Positions 22,274-32,797 of a stretch of DNA of 64,000 nucleotides are shown piece by piece (position 1 is the stretch's first letter; each line of letters starts with the position of its first letter). The translations under genes were made by a program, and so were the position numbers. This DNA comes from Chloropicon primus (taxonomy: Eukaryota): contig CP060757.1 in the NCBI GenBank assembly GCA_023205875.1, positions 434,001-498,000 on the forward strand. The letters run 5' to 3'. The notes below the pieces were generated by a model. It saw only the letters and a program-made list of their open reading frames with translations. It was not told the DNA's origin and searched no databases.

Positions 22274-23776
22274 TTAGACCGTGAAGCTTGGGCTGTTGAG
22301 GTTAATCACCGTCGTCTTCGTCTTTGTCATCATTCCTATGCTATTCGCGATGCCCTGCGACCCAATACCGCTGTCTCTGAACCCTTGGAAAGGAAAGTGG
22401 TCCGGCCCTCTTGCTGGCGCACCGTTGATCTGCACAGTCCCCGACTGAACGCTGTCACTAATCTTGATCGCCTTCTCAATGTCCTTGGTGAAGACGCAGC
22501 TCTGAAGCGCCACCCGGTTCTTGTTTGCGTGCTCCACCGCTTGGTCAGTGTTGGACACTCTCATAATTGGCAGAACGGGGCCAAAAGGCTCCTCCCACGC
22601 GATGTCCATGTCTGGCCTCACATGGTCGAGCAAGCACGGCCAAATCAAGTTCCCCTCCCTCCTGTACTCGGTCAGGAACTTTGCTCCCTTTTCCTTGGCA
22701 TCCATGACCAACTTCTCGATGAAGTTGGCCGAAGTCTCGCTGATGACTGGCGTAATGTTGCAGTTATCATCCGGCATCCCGACCGTCAGCTTGTTCACCC
22801 CGCCCAAAACCTTTTCTATAAGCTGGTCCGCCACCTCACCCTCTACCAGCACAACTTTAACCGCGGTGCACCTCTGCCCGCTGTACGAGAACCCTCCCTT
22901 GATGATGTGCTTCGCGGCCAGGTCAAGGTCAGCATCGGAGCACACGATGCAGGCGTCCTTTCCGCCAAGCTCCATTTGGATTGGGATCATCCCGACCTTC
23001 TTGGCGAGCGAGAGGCCAACGTCGCCCCCCGTGAAGCTCAGGCAGTTGTTGGACGGATGCTCCGCCAAGTAGTCGCCGTTCTCGCTCGCTCTGACCGTCA
23101 CAAAATTGACCAGCCCCTTTGGGAAGACGCCCGCCTTGTCGAAGCACTGGGCAAGGTGCAAGCCTGACACGGCCCCTTGCGTGGGTGGCTTCACCAGCAC
23201 GGCGTTGCCCGAGATGAGTGCCGGGGCGATCTTGGACACGGCAAGGTTGACCGGGTAATTGAAGGGCGGGATGCACAAGACGTTCCCGAGCGGCACACGG
23301 GAGGAGAGGCACAGCTTGGTCCTGTCCGTTCCCTTGAAGGCGTCCGAGGTGAGGAAGTCCCCCTTGGACAGCAGGCGGATCCCCTCCTCGGCGCAGTACT
23401 CGATCAGGTCCGCAGAGCGGTCCACCTCAGACAGAGAGTCCTTCCTCGCCTTGGCAATCTCGTTCACGAGGCACTCGGCTATCGTGTCCCTCTGCTCCCG
23501 GAGCACACTCGCCACCTTCCTGAGGGCCTCCGCGCGCTTCCACAGCGGGACTTGGCGCCATATCTTCTGGGCCTCCGTGCACCCCTCGTACGCCGCGTCT
23601 ATCTCCTCCCTCGTGCACGCTTGCACCTTGAACTCCTCCTTCCTCGTGGCAGGGTTGGTGATCGTCACGACCTTGTTGCTGCACGAACGAAGCCACTGCC
23701 CGTTTATGTAACTCTTGTAGCTACCGGACGCCGCGTCGAACAACTCCCCGAAGAAGACCTTGTTGCTGCTCGACAT
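22274..23776 (-). CDS. GAPN: NADP-dependent non-phosphorylating glyceraldehyde-3-phosphate dehydrogenase (ALDH11)
   Basis: IPPFNYPVNLAVSKIAPAL, KPPTQG, ELGGKD, YSGQRCTA, EEPFGP and ARGPDHFPFQG. Confidence 0.95.
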   Translation of the reverse strand: MSSSNKVFFGELFDAASGSYKSYINGQWLRSCSNKVVTITNPATRKEEFKVQACTREEIDAAYEGCTEAQKIWRQVPLWKRAEALRKVASVLREQRDTIAECLVNEIAKARKDSLSEVDRSADLIEYCAEEGIRLLSKGDFLTSDAFKGTDRTKLCLSSRVPLGNVLCIPPFNYPVNLAVSKIAPALISGNAVLVKPPTQGAVSGLHLAQCFDKAGVFPKGLVNFVTVRASENGDYLAEHPSNNCLSFTGGDVGLSLAKKVGMIPIQMELGGKDACIVCSDADLDLAAKHIIKGGFSYSGQRCTAVKVVLVEGEVADQLIEKVLGGVNKLTVGMPDDNCNITPVISETSANFIEKLVMDAKEKGAKFLTEYRREGNLIWPCLLDHVRPDMDIAWEEPFGPVLPIMRVSNTDQAVEHANKNRVALQSCVFTKDIEKAIKISDSVQSGTVQINGAPARGPDHFPFQGFRDSGIGSQGIANSIGMMTKTKTTVINLNSPSFTV

Positions 23777-23873
23777 TTTGTTTCTCGTCGTCGTCGGCTC
23801 CTCCGGTGCGGTGGGTGGTTCTTTCGGTTTCGACTTCCCCCTCTCACTTCCCCTCTACTTTCCCCTCTCCTTC

Positions 23874-23894
23874 CCCTAAAACCTAAACCCTAAA
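23874..23894. promoter_or_regulatory. Telo-box-like interstitial telomere repeats (CCCTAAA ACCTAAA CCCTAAA)
   Basis: Three plant-type telomeric heptamers, one with a mismatch, in the divergent spacer between GAPN and the HARE-HTH gene. A regulatory role is inferred. Confidence 0.5.
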
Positions 23895-24283
23895 GGAGAT
23901 AAGGAGTTGAAAACGAGAGTGAGAATTAACGCCCGGGTTCGTCGCGCAACAAGGAGAGGGAAGGTGTGTTGTCGAGGACTTTGTGCACGGACGGGGACGG
24001 CGAAGGGGAGGAGGTGTTGAAAGAACGGAAGCGCGTCTCAAGGGCTTTCGATTGATACCGCGGCTGAAGGTTTTGGCAAAGAGGAGGAGTGGCTCTCCCT
24101 TTGAGACGACAGGTGTTACAGGAGGTTTGTTTCGTGAGTTGTTGGCTCGGTTGGTGAAGAGGAAGAGGAGGAGGAGGAGGGAAGTCTTCGTCAAGCAGTG
24201 CAGTGTTTTGTGGTGCTTTATTTCATCATGAGGCATCCCACGAGACAGTCATCAACTGAACACGCACCAGGTCGACGGCGGCG

Positions 24284-25090
24284 ATGATCGCGGCGAGGGC
24301 CGCCGACGGTGGAGACGATGACAAGGGAGGGTTGTCCCCAGGTGTCATGGACATGGACGTGGACGGAGAGTGTTTGGCGAGCTTCTTGACGGGCTCCACC
24401 ACCATCATCGAAGAGGAGAGCGACAGTGAGGAGGATAGTGGTGGTGCGGATTCGTCCTGCCAACCTGAGACAGCGCAGGTGACTATGATGAGAGACAACG
24501 CACGTCCTTACAAGACTCGCAATGGAAAGAGAACGCTTCAGGATGCCATCTATCGCATTCTTCAAGATGCGGGAGGGAGCTTGCGCGTCAAAGAGATCCT
24601 TGGTCTGATCCAGGCGAGAGATGGTTCTCTTTCTACTGATGTTGAGATCATGCGGAGAACTGTCAGCTCTGCATGTTCACATAGCCCCCTCTTTGTTCGC
24701 ACTGCACGTAGAAGATATGCCATTGCCAAGGAATACTTGAATCAATCATCCGCCGACAACCTCAATGAGCAGAATTCCAACGCCACCACCACCAACAACA
24801 ACATGAAGACGACGAGATCTCCTTCTCCTTCTCCCTATGCTTTGGATTTGAGAGAGGCTCTCGAGTCCGGCCTGATGACGGAGGAGGAGTACGCCGAAGC
24901 CGTGCAGGAGGCCCAGCGTTACGACAGCAAGTCACCGGAGAAGAAGAGAGAGATCGCGGACTACAACGAGGCGTTGAGGATCATCTTTGCGGAGGCTTCC
25001 AATCTTTTGAGCGACAAGCAACAATTTGATGTTGAAGGGAAAGAGGTCGGGCTCGTTGTGTTGTCAGAAATCGGAGTAGTCGAAGAGTAA
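24284..25090 (+). CDS. Protein with HARE-HTH (ASXL/RINGLET-type winged helix) domain
   Basis: TLQDAIYRILQDAGGSLRVKEILGLI...TVSSACSHSPLFVRTARRRYAI matches the HARE-HTH pattern. The start could instead be 24347. Confidence 0.65.
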   Translation: MIAARAADGGDDDKGGLSPGVMDMDVDGECLASFLTGSTTIIEEESDSEEDSGGADSSCQPETAQVTMMRDNARPYKTRNGKRTLQDAIYRILQDAGGSLRVKEILGLIQARDGSLSTDVEIMRRTVSSACSHSPLFVRTARRRYAIAKEYLNQSSADNLNEQNSNATTTNNNMKTTRSPSPSPYALDLREALESGLMTEEEYAEAVQEAQRYDSKSPEKKREIADYNEALRIIFAEASNLLSDKQQFDVEGKEVGLVVLSEIGVVEE

Positions 25091-25376
25091 TCCAAGTATA
25101 GATGGATCAAGTGCCTTGAAGTTGTTTAGAGACCGCCATTCTACACGTTCCTCGAAATTGGCGGCGCCTTGTCTCGACACGCCGGCAACGAAACCTTGGC
25201 TTGTAATGCCAGACTGGGCGGTGTACGAAGGAATTGATTAAGACAATTATAGAGGTGGGAGACACCAAGGCAAGGGGGAGGTACACGACCAAACTTGAGA
25301 GAAGCGCGTCGGAGACAAAAGACGACAGAGAGAGACAGAGACAGAAACAGAGAGTCAGTAGAAATAGAAAGAGACG

Positions 25377-26163
25377 ATGACCCGTGTTGCCTTCAGCGTT
25401 GCCGTCATCATGGCTGCCGTGTGCACTGCTTCCGCGGTTAGAAGTAAGTGGAGGGCGCAAAGATGACATCTTTCTTTTTCCTTTTTTTTCCTTGGTTCTT
25501 CTTGTTCTTCTTGCTGCTGTCGTGCTGCAAACTAACGCGACGTCACGTTGTTCCTCTCTCTTGCCTTTCCAACGCGCAGTCATGCCATTCGAGAAACCGG
25601 TGGTCGCCCCAGTCACCCCTGTGCAGGGAGACGCCTTGCTCTGCGAGCTTTGCGACTACGCCACCGGCTGGGTGGAGAACTATCTCAAGGCCAACGGAAC
25701 CGAGGAGAAGATCACCAAGTTCGTCGTCAACGACGTTTGCCCAAAGCTTCCAGCCAATATTGCCGGAATTTGCGCCAGCTACGCCCCTATGCTCTTGTCC
25801 TACGCCATTCAGACCGTCGAGCACGAGATTGATACCGGCAAGTTGTGCGACCCACTCTGCGGAAAGAAGACGAAGGAGGCCATCTTCGGACTCCCAGCCC
25901 CTTTGAAGTCGGAGATCAAGCCGCTGAAGGACACCTGCGACGTCTGCGAGAAGGCTGCCGCCAAGGTCCACGATTTCTTGAGCCAGCCAGGTGAGATCGA
26001 CAAGATCGTCAACTTCATCGAGGAGGTCTGCGAGCTCGTTCCTTCTGATGAGCACGACAAGTGCGTCTCCACCATCACCGGATTCGGCCCTATGGTCCTG
26101 AACTACCTTGTCGGCCTCACCGCCAACCCACAGCAGGCCTGCGCCGAGATCTCCCTCTGCTAA
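25377..26163 (+). CDS. Secreted saposin-like protein with two SapB domains, 2 exons (25377-25443, 25580-26163)
   Basis: Signal-peptide exon MTRVAFSVAVIMAAVCTASAVR; intron 25444-25579 (GTAAGT...ACTAAC...CAG); two CxxC...C...C...C...C units (CELC, CDVC). Confidence 0.88.
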
Positions 26164-26829
26164 ATTGTGGGGGCTTTTGTTTTTAATACCAGGGACACGA
26201 TAGCCTGACTATTCAAAAAGACTTCGACACCTTGCTTTGATGATTTTGCTTCCCACTTCGTCGTTGCTTCGATCCTTCGCGCCGGTCATTCCCGCAGCGC
26301 AAGGTCGCTCCCCTGCTTTGCGGAAAGCGACGAATGGCAGAGCACAGGCGGGATCATCTCCCTCCCCCTCCTCGTCCAACACCTGCAGCAGCTGCCTTGG
26401 CCTGATCAAGGCCAGGAAAGAACGCAGACCAAGCCTGTCACATGACCGGGGCCAAAAGCTGTTGCCAATAGGTCCGTCCTCACCCTCTCCTTGAACCTCT
26501 GCATCGGTGCAATGACACGAGGACAGGGGGAAGAGAGGGGGTGAAGGAAACAAAAAGGAGAAGGACAGAAGGGGCACACCTCCTCCCTCCCTCCCTCCCT
26601 CCTCCTCCTCCTCCTCATCCTCATCATCACCCCACATAAACCGCCAACTAATGTGTCGGGTGAATCCCCTTCTTTCGGCAAAACTTGGCACCCAGGCTGT
26701 CACAACTCTGACTTGAGACGAAGACCGAGACCTTTGACAACCCGTTGCAAGGTCCGTGTGAACGAAAGATACGATCTTTGTCCCTCCCCTGGATCCAGGA
26801 AAACTCCCAAGCACTTGGCAAAAGGAGTC

Positions 26830-27661
26830 ATGACGCGTTCTTGCACATCTTTCTTCGCGTTCACTCTCTGTGCCACGGCTGTGCTTCTGGTTTCCGTGAG
26901 CGCGGTGAGAACGCCAGTTGCCACCAAGGTCGGAGGGCCAGTGGCTCCAGCAACTGGTAACGTGGGGGACCCAAACTTTCTGTGTACCCTTTGCTTGTTC
27001 GCTTCGGCGGAGGCCGACAAGAAGCTTCACTTGCCAGAGACCTACGCTGCGTTCAAGAAATACGTCGAGGACAAAGTCTGCACTGCGTTCAGGTAAGAAG
27101 TCAGAGCCGCATCGTGTGGAGCTCTTCTCGGCACACGCGCGTTGCAGCGGCCAACGCTCTCTCTCCCTGCCCCCCCTCTCTCAATATGTATATATGTACA
27201 TCGTCGTGGTGGTCACAGGTGCTGAGTCCTGACCTCACCTCGTCTTCTTATTGCAACCGTCCTTCAGGCTCGTGGAGAGAATCTTGTGCAAGAAGGTTGC
27301 ACCAAAGCTTATTCCAGCGATTTATGAGTGGGCCGAGAAGTTCTTGGAGACCGGAAGGGCCTGCGGTGCCTTCTGCCACGGAAGCGACACGGTGAACAGC
27401 ACCTGCAGCATGTGCGAGTTTGGTTGCCAGAGCATCAACCAGTTCCTGAGCAAGCCTGAGAACGACAACAAGACGTTGGCCTTCGCGGAGGGCGTGTGCC
27501 CACTTTTCTCCCCCGAGCTCCAGCCCAAGTGCGCCCAGGACATCATGATGTTCGGCCCTGAGGTCATCGACTTCATCATGCAGGTCACCTCGGACCCAAG
27601 GGATACCTGCAACAAGCTCAAGTTCTGCTTGGCTCCAAACGAGACGGTTGCCTTGTACTGA
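26830..27661 (+). CDS. Second secreted saposin-like protein with two SapB domains, 2 exons (26830-27092, 27268-27661)
   Basis: Signal peptide; CTLC and CSMC saposin units; intron 27093-27267 (GTAAGA...CTGAC...CAG) is in frame. Confidence 0.85.
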
Positions 27662-28148
27662 GGCGAGCAGCGAGAGGGGCACGAAGAAAAGGGGTGCTTG
27701 GCTATCGATTCGAGACCAGGAGTTCTCTGCTGCAATCAATCGCACGACGAGTCCTTCCACATCAATCTACGCCACTCCCCGCTGGCCGCAATACTATGTG
27801 TCTGTAATACTAAAATGCTTCGCTTTCTCCGTTGACGACGCTGGAAGAGCCCCCCCGAGGGTTCCGGGCGTCTTCCTGCCCTGGCCCTCCTCCCCCCTGG
27901 GCCTTGGCCTCTTCTCCCTTGGGTAGTTTCAGTTTCGGCGATCCTAACGACCCCAGGCCTTAGGTCAAGGGCGCAATTACATCACGAAGCGTTACCGGTA
28001 ACGGAGCGAGTGGGGTTTTTGGGGTTTTCGTCTTTGTTGTTGGTCGACAGGCGCGAGCTCGCGGGCCTGCGGTCATCGTCCAAAAGGACACACGCAGGCA
28101 CGCACGCGCGCACGGGCGGGCGCTCCCCCACGTCGTCTCACTTGATTG

Positions 28149-29777
28149 ATGTCCTCGAAGAAGAAGAAGGGAGGTGGTGGTGGCAAGGGGTCCGGCAAGG
28201 AGAAGGAGTTGATGAACTCTTCCTGGGCGTACGAGAGCGCGAGAAACTTGGACAAGACGCACCTGGCGAACATAGGGATCGCTCCGTGCGGCACGAGCCC
28301 GGAAGCGGAAGCGGTGCCCTTCTCCCACAAGCGGTCCCTGAACCGCGACGCGGCGTCCTTCGAGCCACTCGACGAGACCGAGGAGGAGAAGACGACCAAG
28401 TACAACAATTCCAGCCGTAACGGGTCGGACAACTTTGGTGTGGGGTACCTCGACGAGAGCACCTTCGGATCGCGTCCGAGGGAGGCTGACAAGCACGGTG
28501 CGGCGCACGAGGACTCCATCTACAAGGTCATGAGCCACAACTTTGGCAAGGCCAAGGAGCAGATCATCCGTAACGACAGCGCACACAGCCTCAGGAGCAA
28601 AGGGTTGGAGGCGGCGTACATGTCCAAGAGAGACGAGGAGGAGGTGCAGCGCCTCAAAAGCAGGGGCAGCAAGACTGGAAAGTCGAATCGAAGCAGCTTC
28701 TCGGCAGAGGACGCGGAGCACAGCCAGCTTCTCACCGGGCAAGTGGACTGGCTGCACCTGATGAGCGACGAGGAGCACAGGGAGAACATGAAGGCTCTGA
28801 CGGGGCTCGAGTTCTCGGTGTGGGATTACAGCCAACGGGAGCTTGTGGGCCTCGCCTGGAGCATGTATTATGACGCCGACCTCATCGAAGAGTTCCAGAT
28901 CCCAGCGGAAAAGTTTCACAACTTCATCCTGGCCATCTTCGCCAAGTCGCACGACGTTCCGTACCACAACTACTTTCACTACTTCATCGTCCTCCACACG
29001 TCGTGGCTGCTGCTGAAGCTCAACCCCATCGTGATGTCGAACCTGACGAAGACGGACATTTTGGGCTGCCTCACGGGGGCGATAGGGCACGACGCGGACC
29101 ACCCTGGCTTGACCAACAGCTTCTTGTCCGCAACCAAGCACTGGCTGTCGATCCGGTACAATGACCTGTCTGTTTTGGAGAACCATCATTGCGCGACGAC
29201 GTACACGATCCTCAGCAGGGACGAGTGTAACATCTTTTGCAACCTGAAGAGCGAGGACTGGAAGGCCACGAGAAACGTCATCGTTTCTGCCATACTGAAC
29301 ACGGACATGGCGAGGCACTTCAACCTCGTAGCGAACTTTGACAAAATGTTCAAGAACAAGACGATGTACGAGTGCTGCGCCAACCGCAACTTGAGGAATC
29401 AGATCGTCTCCATGATCGTCCACTGCGCTGACATCTCCAATCCTGTGAAGCCTTGGTTCATCGCGAAGAGGTTTGCTGACTCTGTGGCAGAGGAGTTCAG
29501 AAAGCAAGTGGAGCAGGAAAAGTCTCACGGCGTGCCTTGCACGCCCCACATGCTTGGTTTGGATACAAAAGGCCAGGCCAAGATGGAGCTTGGGTTCATC
29601 GACGTGTTCACGTGGCCGGCCATGGTCGCCCTGAACTCCGTTCTGCCGAACTTGGAGGTGTGCTTTCAGAATATGGAACAGAACAGGGAGTTTTGGCAGG
29701 ACATCATGGAGTCGAACCTGTCCAGCAGAAGCTCAAGCGGCGGCAAATTGTCGGATCAAAATTCGTTCGGGAAATGA
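28149..29777 (+). CDS. Class I 3',5'-cyclic nucleotide phosphodiesterase
   Basis: YHNYFH, HDADHPGLTN, YNDLSVLENHH, TDMARH, HCADISNP and GFID motifs. Confidence 0.92.
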   Translation: MSSKKKKGGGGGKGSGKEKELMNSSWAYESARNLDKTHLANIGIAPCGTSPEAEAVPFSHKRSLNRDAASFEPLDETEEEKTTKYNNSSRNGSDNFGVGYLDESTFGSRPREADKHGAAHEDSIYKVMSHNFGKAKEQIIRNDSAHSLRSKGLEAAYMSKRDEEEVQRLKSRGSKTGKSNRSSFSAEDAEHSQLLTGQVDWLHLMSDEEHRENMKALTGLEFSVWDYSQRELVGLAWSMYYDADLIEEFQIPAEKFHNFILAIFAKSHDVPYHNYFHYFIVLHTSWLLLKLNPIVMSNLTKTDILGCLTGAIGHDADHPGLTNSFLSATKHWLSIRYNDLSVLENHHCATTYTILSRDECNIFCNLKSEDWKATRNVIVSAILNTDMARHFNLVANFDKMFKNKTMYECCANRNLRNQIVSMIVHCADISNPVKPWFIAKRFADSVAEEFRKQVEQEKSHGVPCTPHMLGLDTKGQAKMELGFIDVFTWPAMVALNSVLPNLEVCFQNMEQNREFWQDIMESNLSSRSSSGGKLSDQNSFGK

Positions 29778-30047
29778 AAAGCAAGGAGTGGAAGCTCCCC
29801 CAAAGCCTTGTCCGAGAGGTCCAAGAAGAGCAGCAGCGGCGGCGAGAAAAGAACCCAGCTCCGCGGCCCGTGGTTTGATGAATTCTAAATAACATGCGAT
29901 CACAAAATTATTTTGTTCAATCGGATGTCCCTGCAATGGGCTCTAACTTGTGATTGGTGGACGCCCCCCGTTGTCTACCAAGAGTTTCCAAACCGTGCTA
30001 ATAAATTCCCGTGCGTGTCTCTAACGCAAGAAGCGTGTGACCGCGTC

Positions 30048-30698
30048 TCAAGTGCATGACAGCACGCGCTCTTTCAATTGTTTACATTCCTCCAAAGTCT
30101 CCGCGCCTATCCTCCAGTTGAACACCTTCTTCTTTGGCCTCCTGGGGTGAATGGTCGTCAAGCATATGTAGCTCAAGTTATTCTGAGAGTCCTGTACTAT
30201 GTCCTCCTCGATGGTGCACCCAGCGAGAGAGATGCATCCCAGGGCAATTGCCTTGGGCTGATCGTGCAGGAAGTACACGAGGAGATCGTTCACTATGCAG
30301 CCGTACCGCCGCTGCCACTTGGCCTTGAACTTTCTCTTCAAAAATGGTAAGTGATTGCAGACCTTTGCCAGGGTCCCCGGGAGGTGCTCCGTGGGGTTCT
30401 GGCCCAGCTTGTAGAAGAAGAAGTAGGGCGAAGCATTTTGGAAGTAATCGCAGTCCAAGTACATCGGCTGGGCAATGTGTTTGCTCTTCTTCATCTGTCT
30501 CCAAAAGTCCAACCAGTTCTGGTAGGACTCCCCTTGGCTTCTTCTTTGATCCGGAGAGGTTTTGGCCTCCTCGCTCGAAAGTCGACCTCGAAGACTATCG
30601 CCAAGCTGCAAATCGATGCTCCTCCTCTTGCCCGCGTTCCCTTTGGGCGGAGACGGCGTGCTCCTCTTGCTCTCGACCTCCCCGTTCTCTTCCCCCAT
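30048..30698 (-). CDS. Small PH-domain protein
   Basis: KWQRRYGCIVNDLLVYF...ALGCISLAGCTIEE...WRIGAETLEECKQL matches the PH fold pattern. Confidence 0.72.
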   Translation of the reverse strand: MGEENGEVESKRSTPSPPKGNAGKRRSIDLQLGDSLRGRLSSEEAKTSPDQRRSQGESYQNWLDFWRQMKKSKHIAQPMYLDCDYFQNASPYFFFYKLGQNPTEHLPGTLAKVCNHLPFLKRKFKAKWQRRYGCIVNDLLVYFLHDQPKAIALGCISLAGCTIEEDIVQDSQNNLSYICLTTIHPRRPKKKVFNWRIGAETLEECKQLKERVLSCT

Positions 30699-31255
30699 CC
30701 TTCTACTTTCCCTACCCTCCCCCCTCCCAAATCAACCAAACAACTTGGAGGGTTCAAGACAAAACCCTCAGACAAGGCAAGAAATCCCTTTGTCCTGCTC
30801 ACCGGTGGTCCTCACGCTGTCCGTCTGGTTACGACTCCATTCGATCTCTCCCTCTCTCCCTCTCTCCGCCTCTCTCTCTCTCTCTGTCGTCTGCCTCGTC
30901 TTGCCTCTGTCCACAGGTCGGTCGCCTTCCGATCAACCCTATAATTGTGTAAATCGTATAATTCCTCGTAATCCTCTTTTGGTCCCAGGGCGGGAGCGAC
31001 ACGAGGAGTGGAACAGGAACACCAAGGAGGATGGGGTCCGGGGCAATCGCATCCCCTGGCATTGTGTTGCTCCGTCATGCCATCTTGCGTTTATCGATCC
31101 CAACTCCTCGCTTCCTTCCCTCCCTGGGGTCGTTCCCTTGGCCTTCATGGTCTCGGGACCAAACCTGCGATGTTCCTCTTCCTCGTATTCCTCTAATTGT
31201 CAAGTGCCGGGAAGCAGAAGGTGCAGGCACTGCAGGCATAGGGGTGGCGCCTGAG

Positions 31256-31257
<2 letters not shown>

Positions 31258-31287
<30 letters not shown>
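31258..31287. repeat. (GA)n microsatellite abutting ATG 31289
   Basis: Direct reading of the sequence. Confidence 0.95.
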
Positions 31288-31288
<1 letters not shown>

Positions 31289-31291
<3 letters not shown>

Positions 31292-32758
31292 AGGAAAACA
31301 GGAAGTGGAGGAGTGATGTCCCAGATACAAAAGTCCGAAGCGGCTTGCGTGATACCTTTCAAGTCAGACATAAGCGCGGACGAGGTCAGGAGCGAGGCCA
31401 CTTTGAAGACCATTGAGTCCGAGTTCGTGTCCAAGTACTTGGAAAAGATAGGAGTGACTCCAACCAAGGGGACCGCAGAGTTGATGCGGAAGCTCACGCC
31501 AATCAACCTCTCGACTCTGGACACGCAGCTAAAACCCGGGAAGGGGTCGGAGACGGAGGTCTGCATCACTCTCAAGCCTCCCAAGCAGAACAATGGGAAC
31601 GGAAATGCACAGAACACTGCCAAAAACTTCCTCAACTCCACGACGTTGGTGGAGAACCCAACGTCCTCGGAGTCTCTGATATCCCTGGGGATTCTGGCGC
31701 AGCTCCCAGAGGAGTTCTCGAGGGAGCTGGAGCGGAAGCGTCTCGCCAAGGAGAAGGCCGACGTCTCCACCTTCGAAGACCCTTCGAGCGAGGGAGACGA
31801 CGAGTTGAGGAGGGGCGCGAACCTTTTCACCCAGGCGAGCACGCAGCACCTCTTCCCGTACAACTTGAAGAAGAAGAACGCCAAGTCAAAGTTCCAAGGT
31901 GGAATCTTCCACCACAACCACCCGTCCTCGAAGCAGCAGAAGGCTCACAGCCAGGATGCGACTGCTCAGCAGCCCGAGGAGGTAACGGAGCATCTCGTCC
32001 AAATCTTTCAAGAAGACTTCATAAAGGGCCTGGAGGACTGGAAGGCGCAGAACAGCGTGAGCCTCAAGGGCTCCATTTACCTGAAGGATAGGGCCTTCTC
32101 GAGCGTGCAAAACACCTTGCTCTCCCGGCCGGTGCTCAAGCTTTTCAAGGTTACGGCAATCTACTTGAAGGAAAAGTTCATCAACACGCGCGGTGGCAGG
32201 GGGCAAGCAGGGGGCGCTCAGGACGTGCCCGAGTCGAGAAAAGTGACGGAGCAGGCGGAGAGGCTCTACTTCATCCTCAACGAGTTCTCCAGGCTGAGCA
32301 AAGCGAACAGGAAAGAGAAGATAGGGCTGTGCTTTGTTTTGCCAATTTTGCTCTTGTCTCTGAGGACGTTCGTGGAGCACGTGACGAAGCTCCTCTTTCC
32401 AACGCTTTCCACAACGCCAGAGGGCAAGGACATCACCGCCAAAATGGACAACACCATCACAACGCTGCTAGACCCCCACTCGTGGTACTCTCGCGTGAGC
32501 GTGTTCCAGTCCACCAGGACCGCGATGCACATCATGAACAGCTACAGGCAGTCGGCGCACCAGCCGATCCGGTACACGTATCACCACACGAGCGCTCACG
32601 TGCGGGCAGCTCTTGGGAACCCACTTTCATCTCAGTACCGCAGTTTCATCCACAACTCGCAGAAGCAGGACTATGTCGCGGGAAGGAACTTGAAAGAGGT
32701 GCAGGCTCACCAGACCGATGGACTTGGTGTTGGCCATAGGAAACGACTTCTGTTGTGA
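31289..32758 (+). CDS. Hypothetical protein (489 aa)
   Basis: Long ORF with coding-like codon usage and TGTAA just after the stop; no family recognised. Confidence 0.8.
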
Positions 32759-32797
32759 ACAAAATACACCATTAATGTAAACTTAGTATTATATCTT

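Noticed and set aside
26209..26640. Possible small minus-strand gene between the saposin genes
   Set aside because: Weak donor, no CTRAC branch point and no recognisable protein.
27960..29549. 529-aa antisense ORF opposite the PDE
   Set aside because: Same codon-bias shadow, with the L/V/H/R-rich composition typical of antisense frames.
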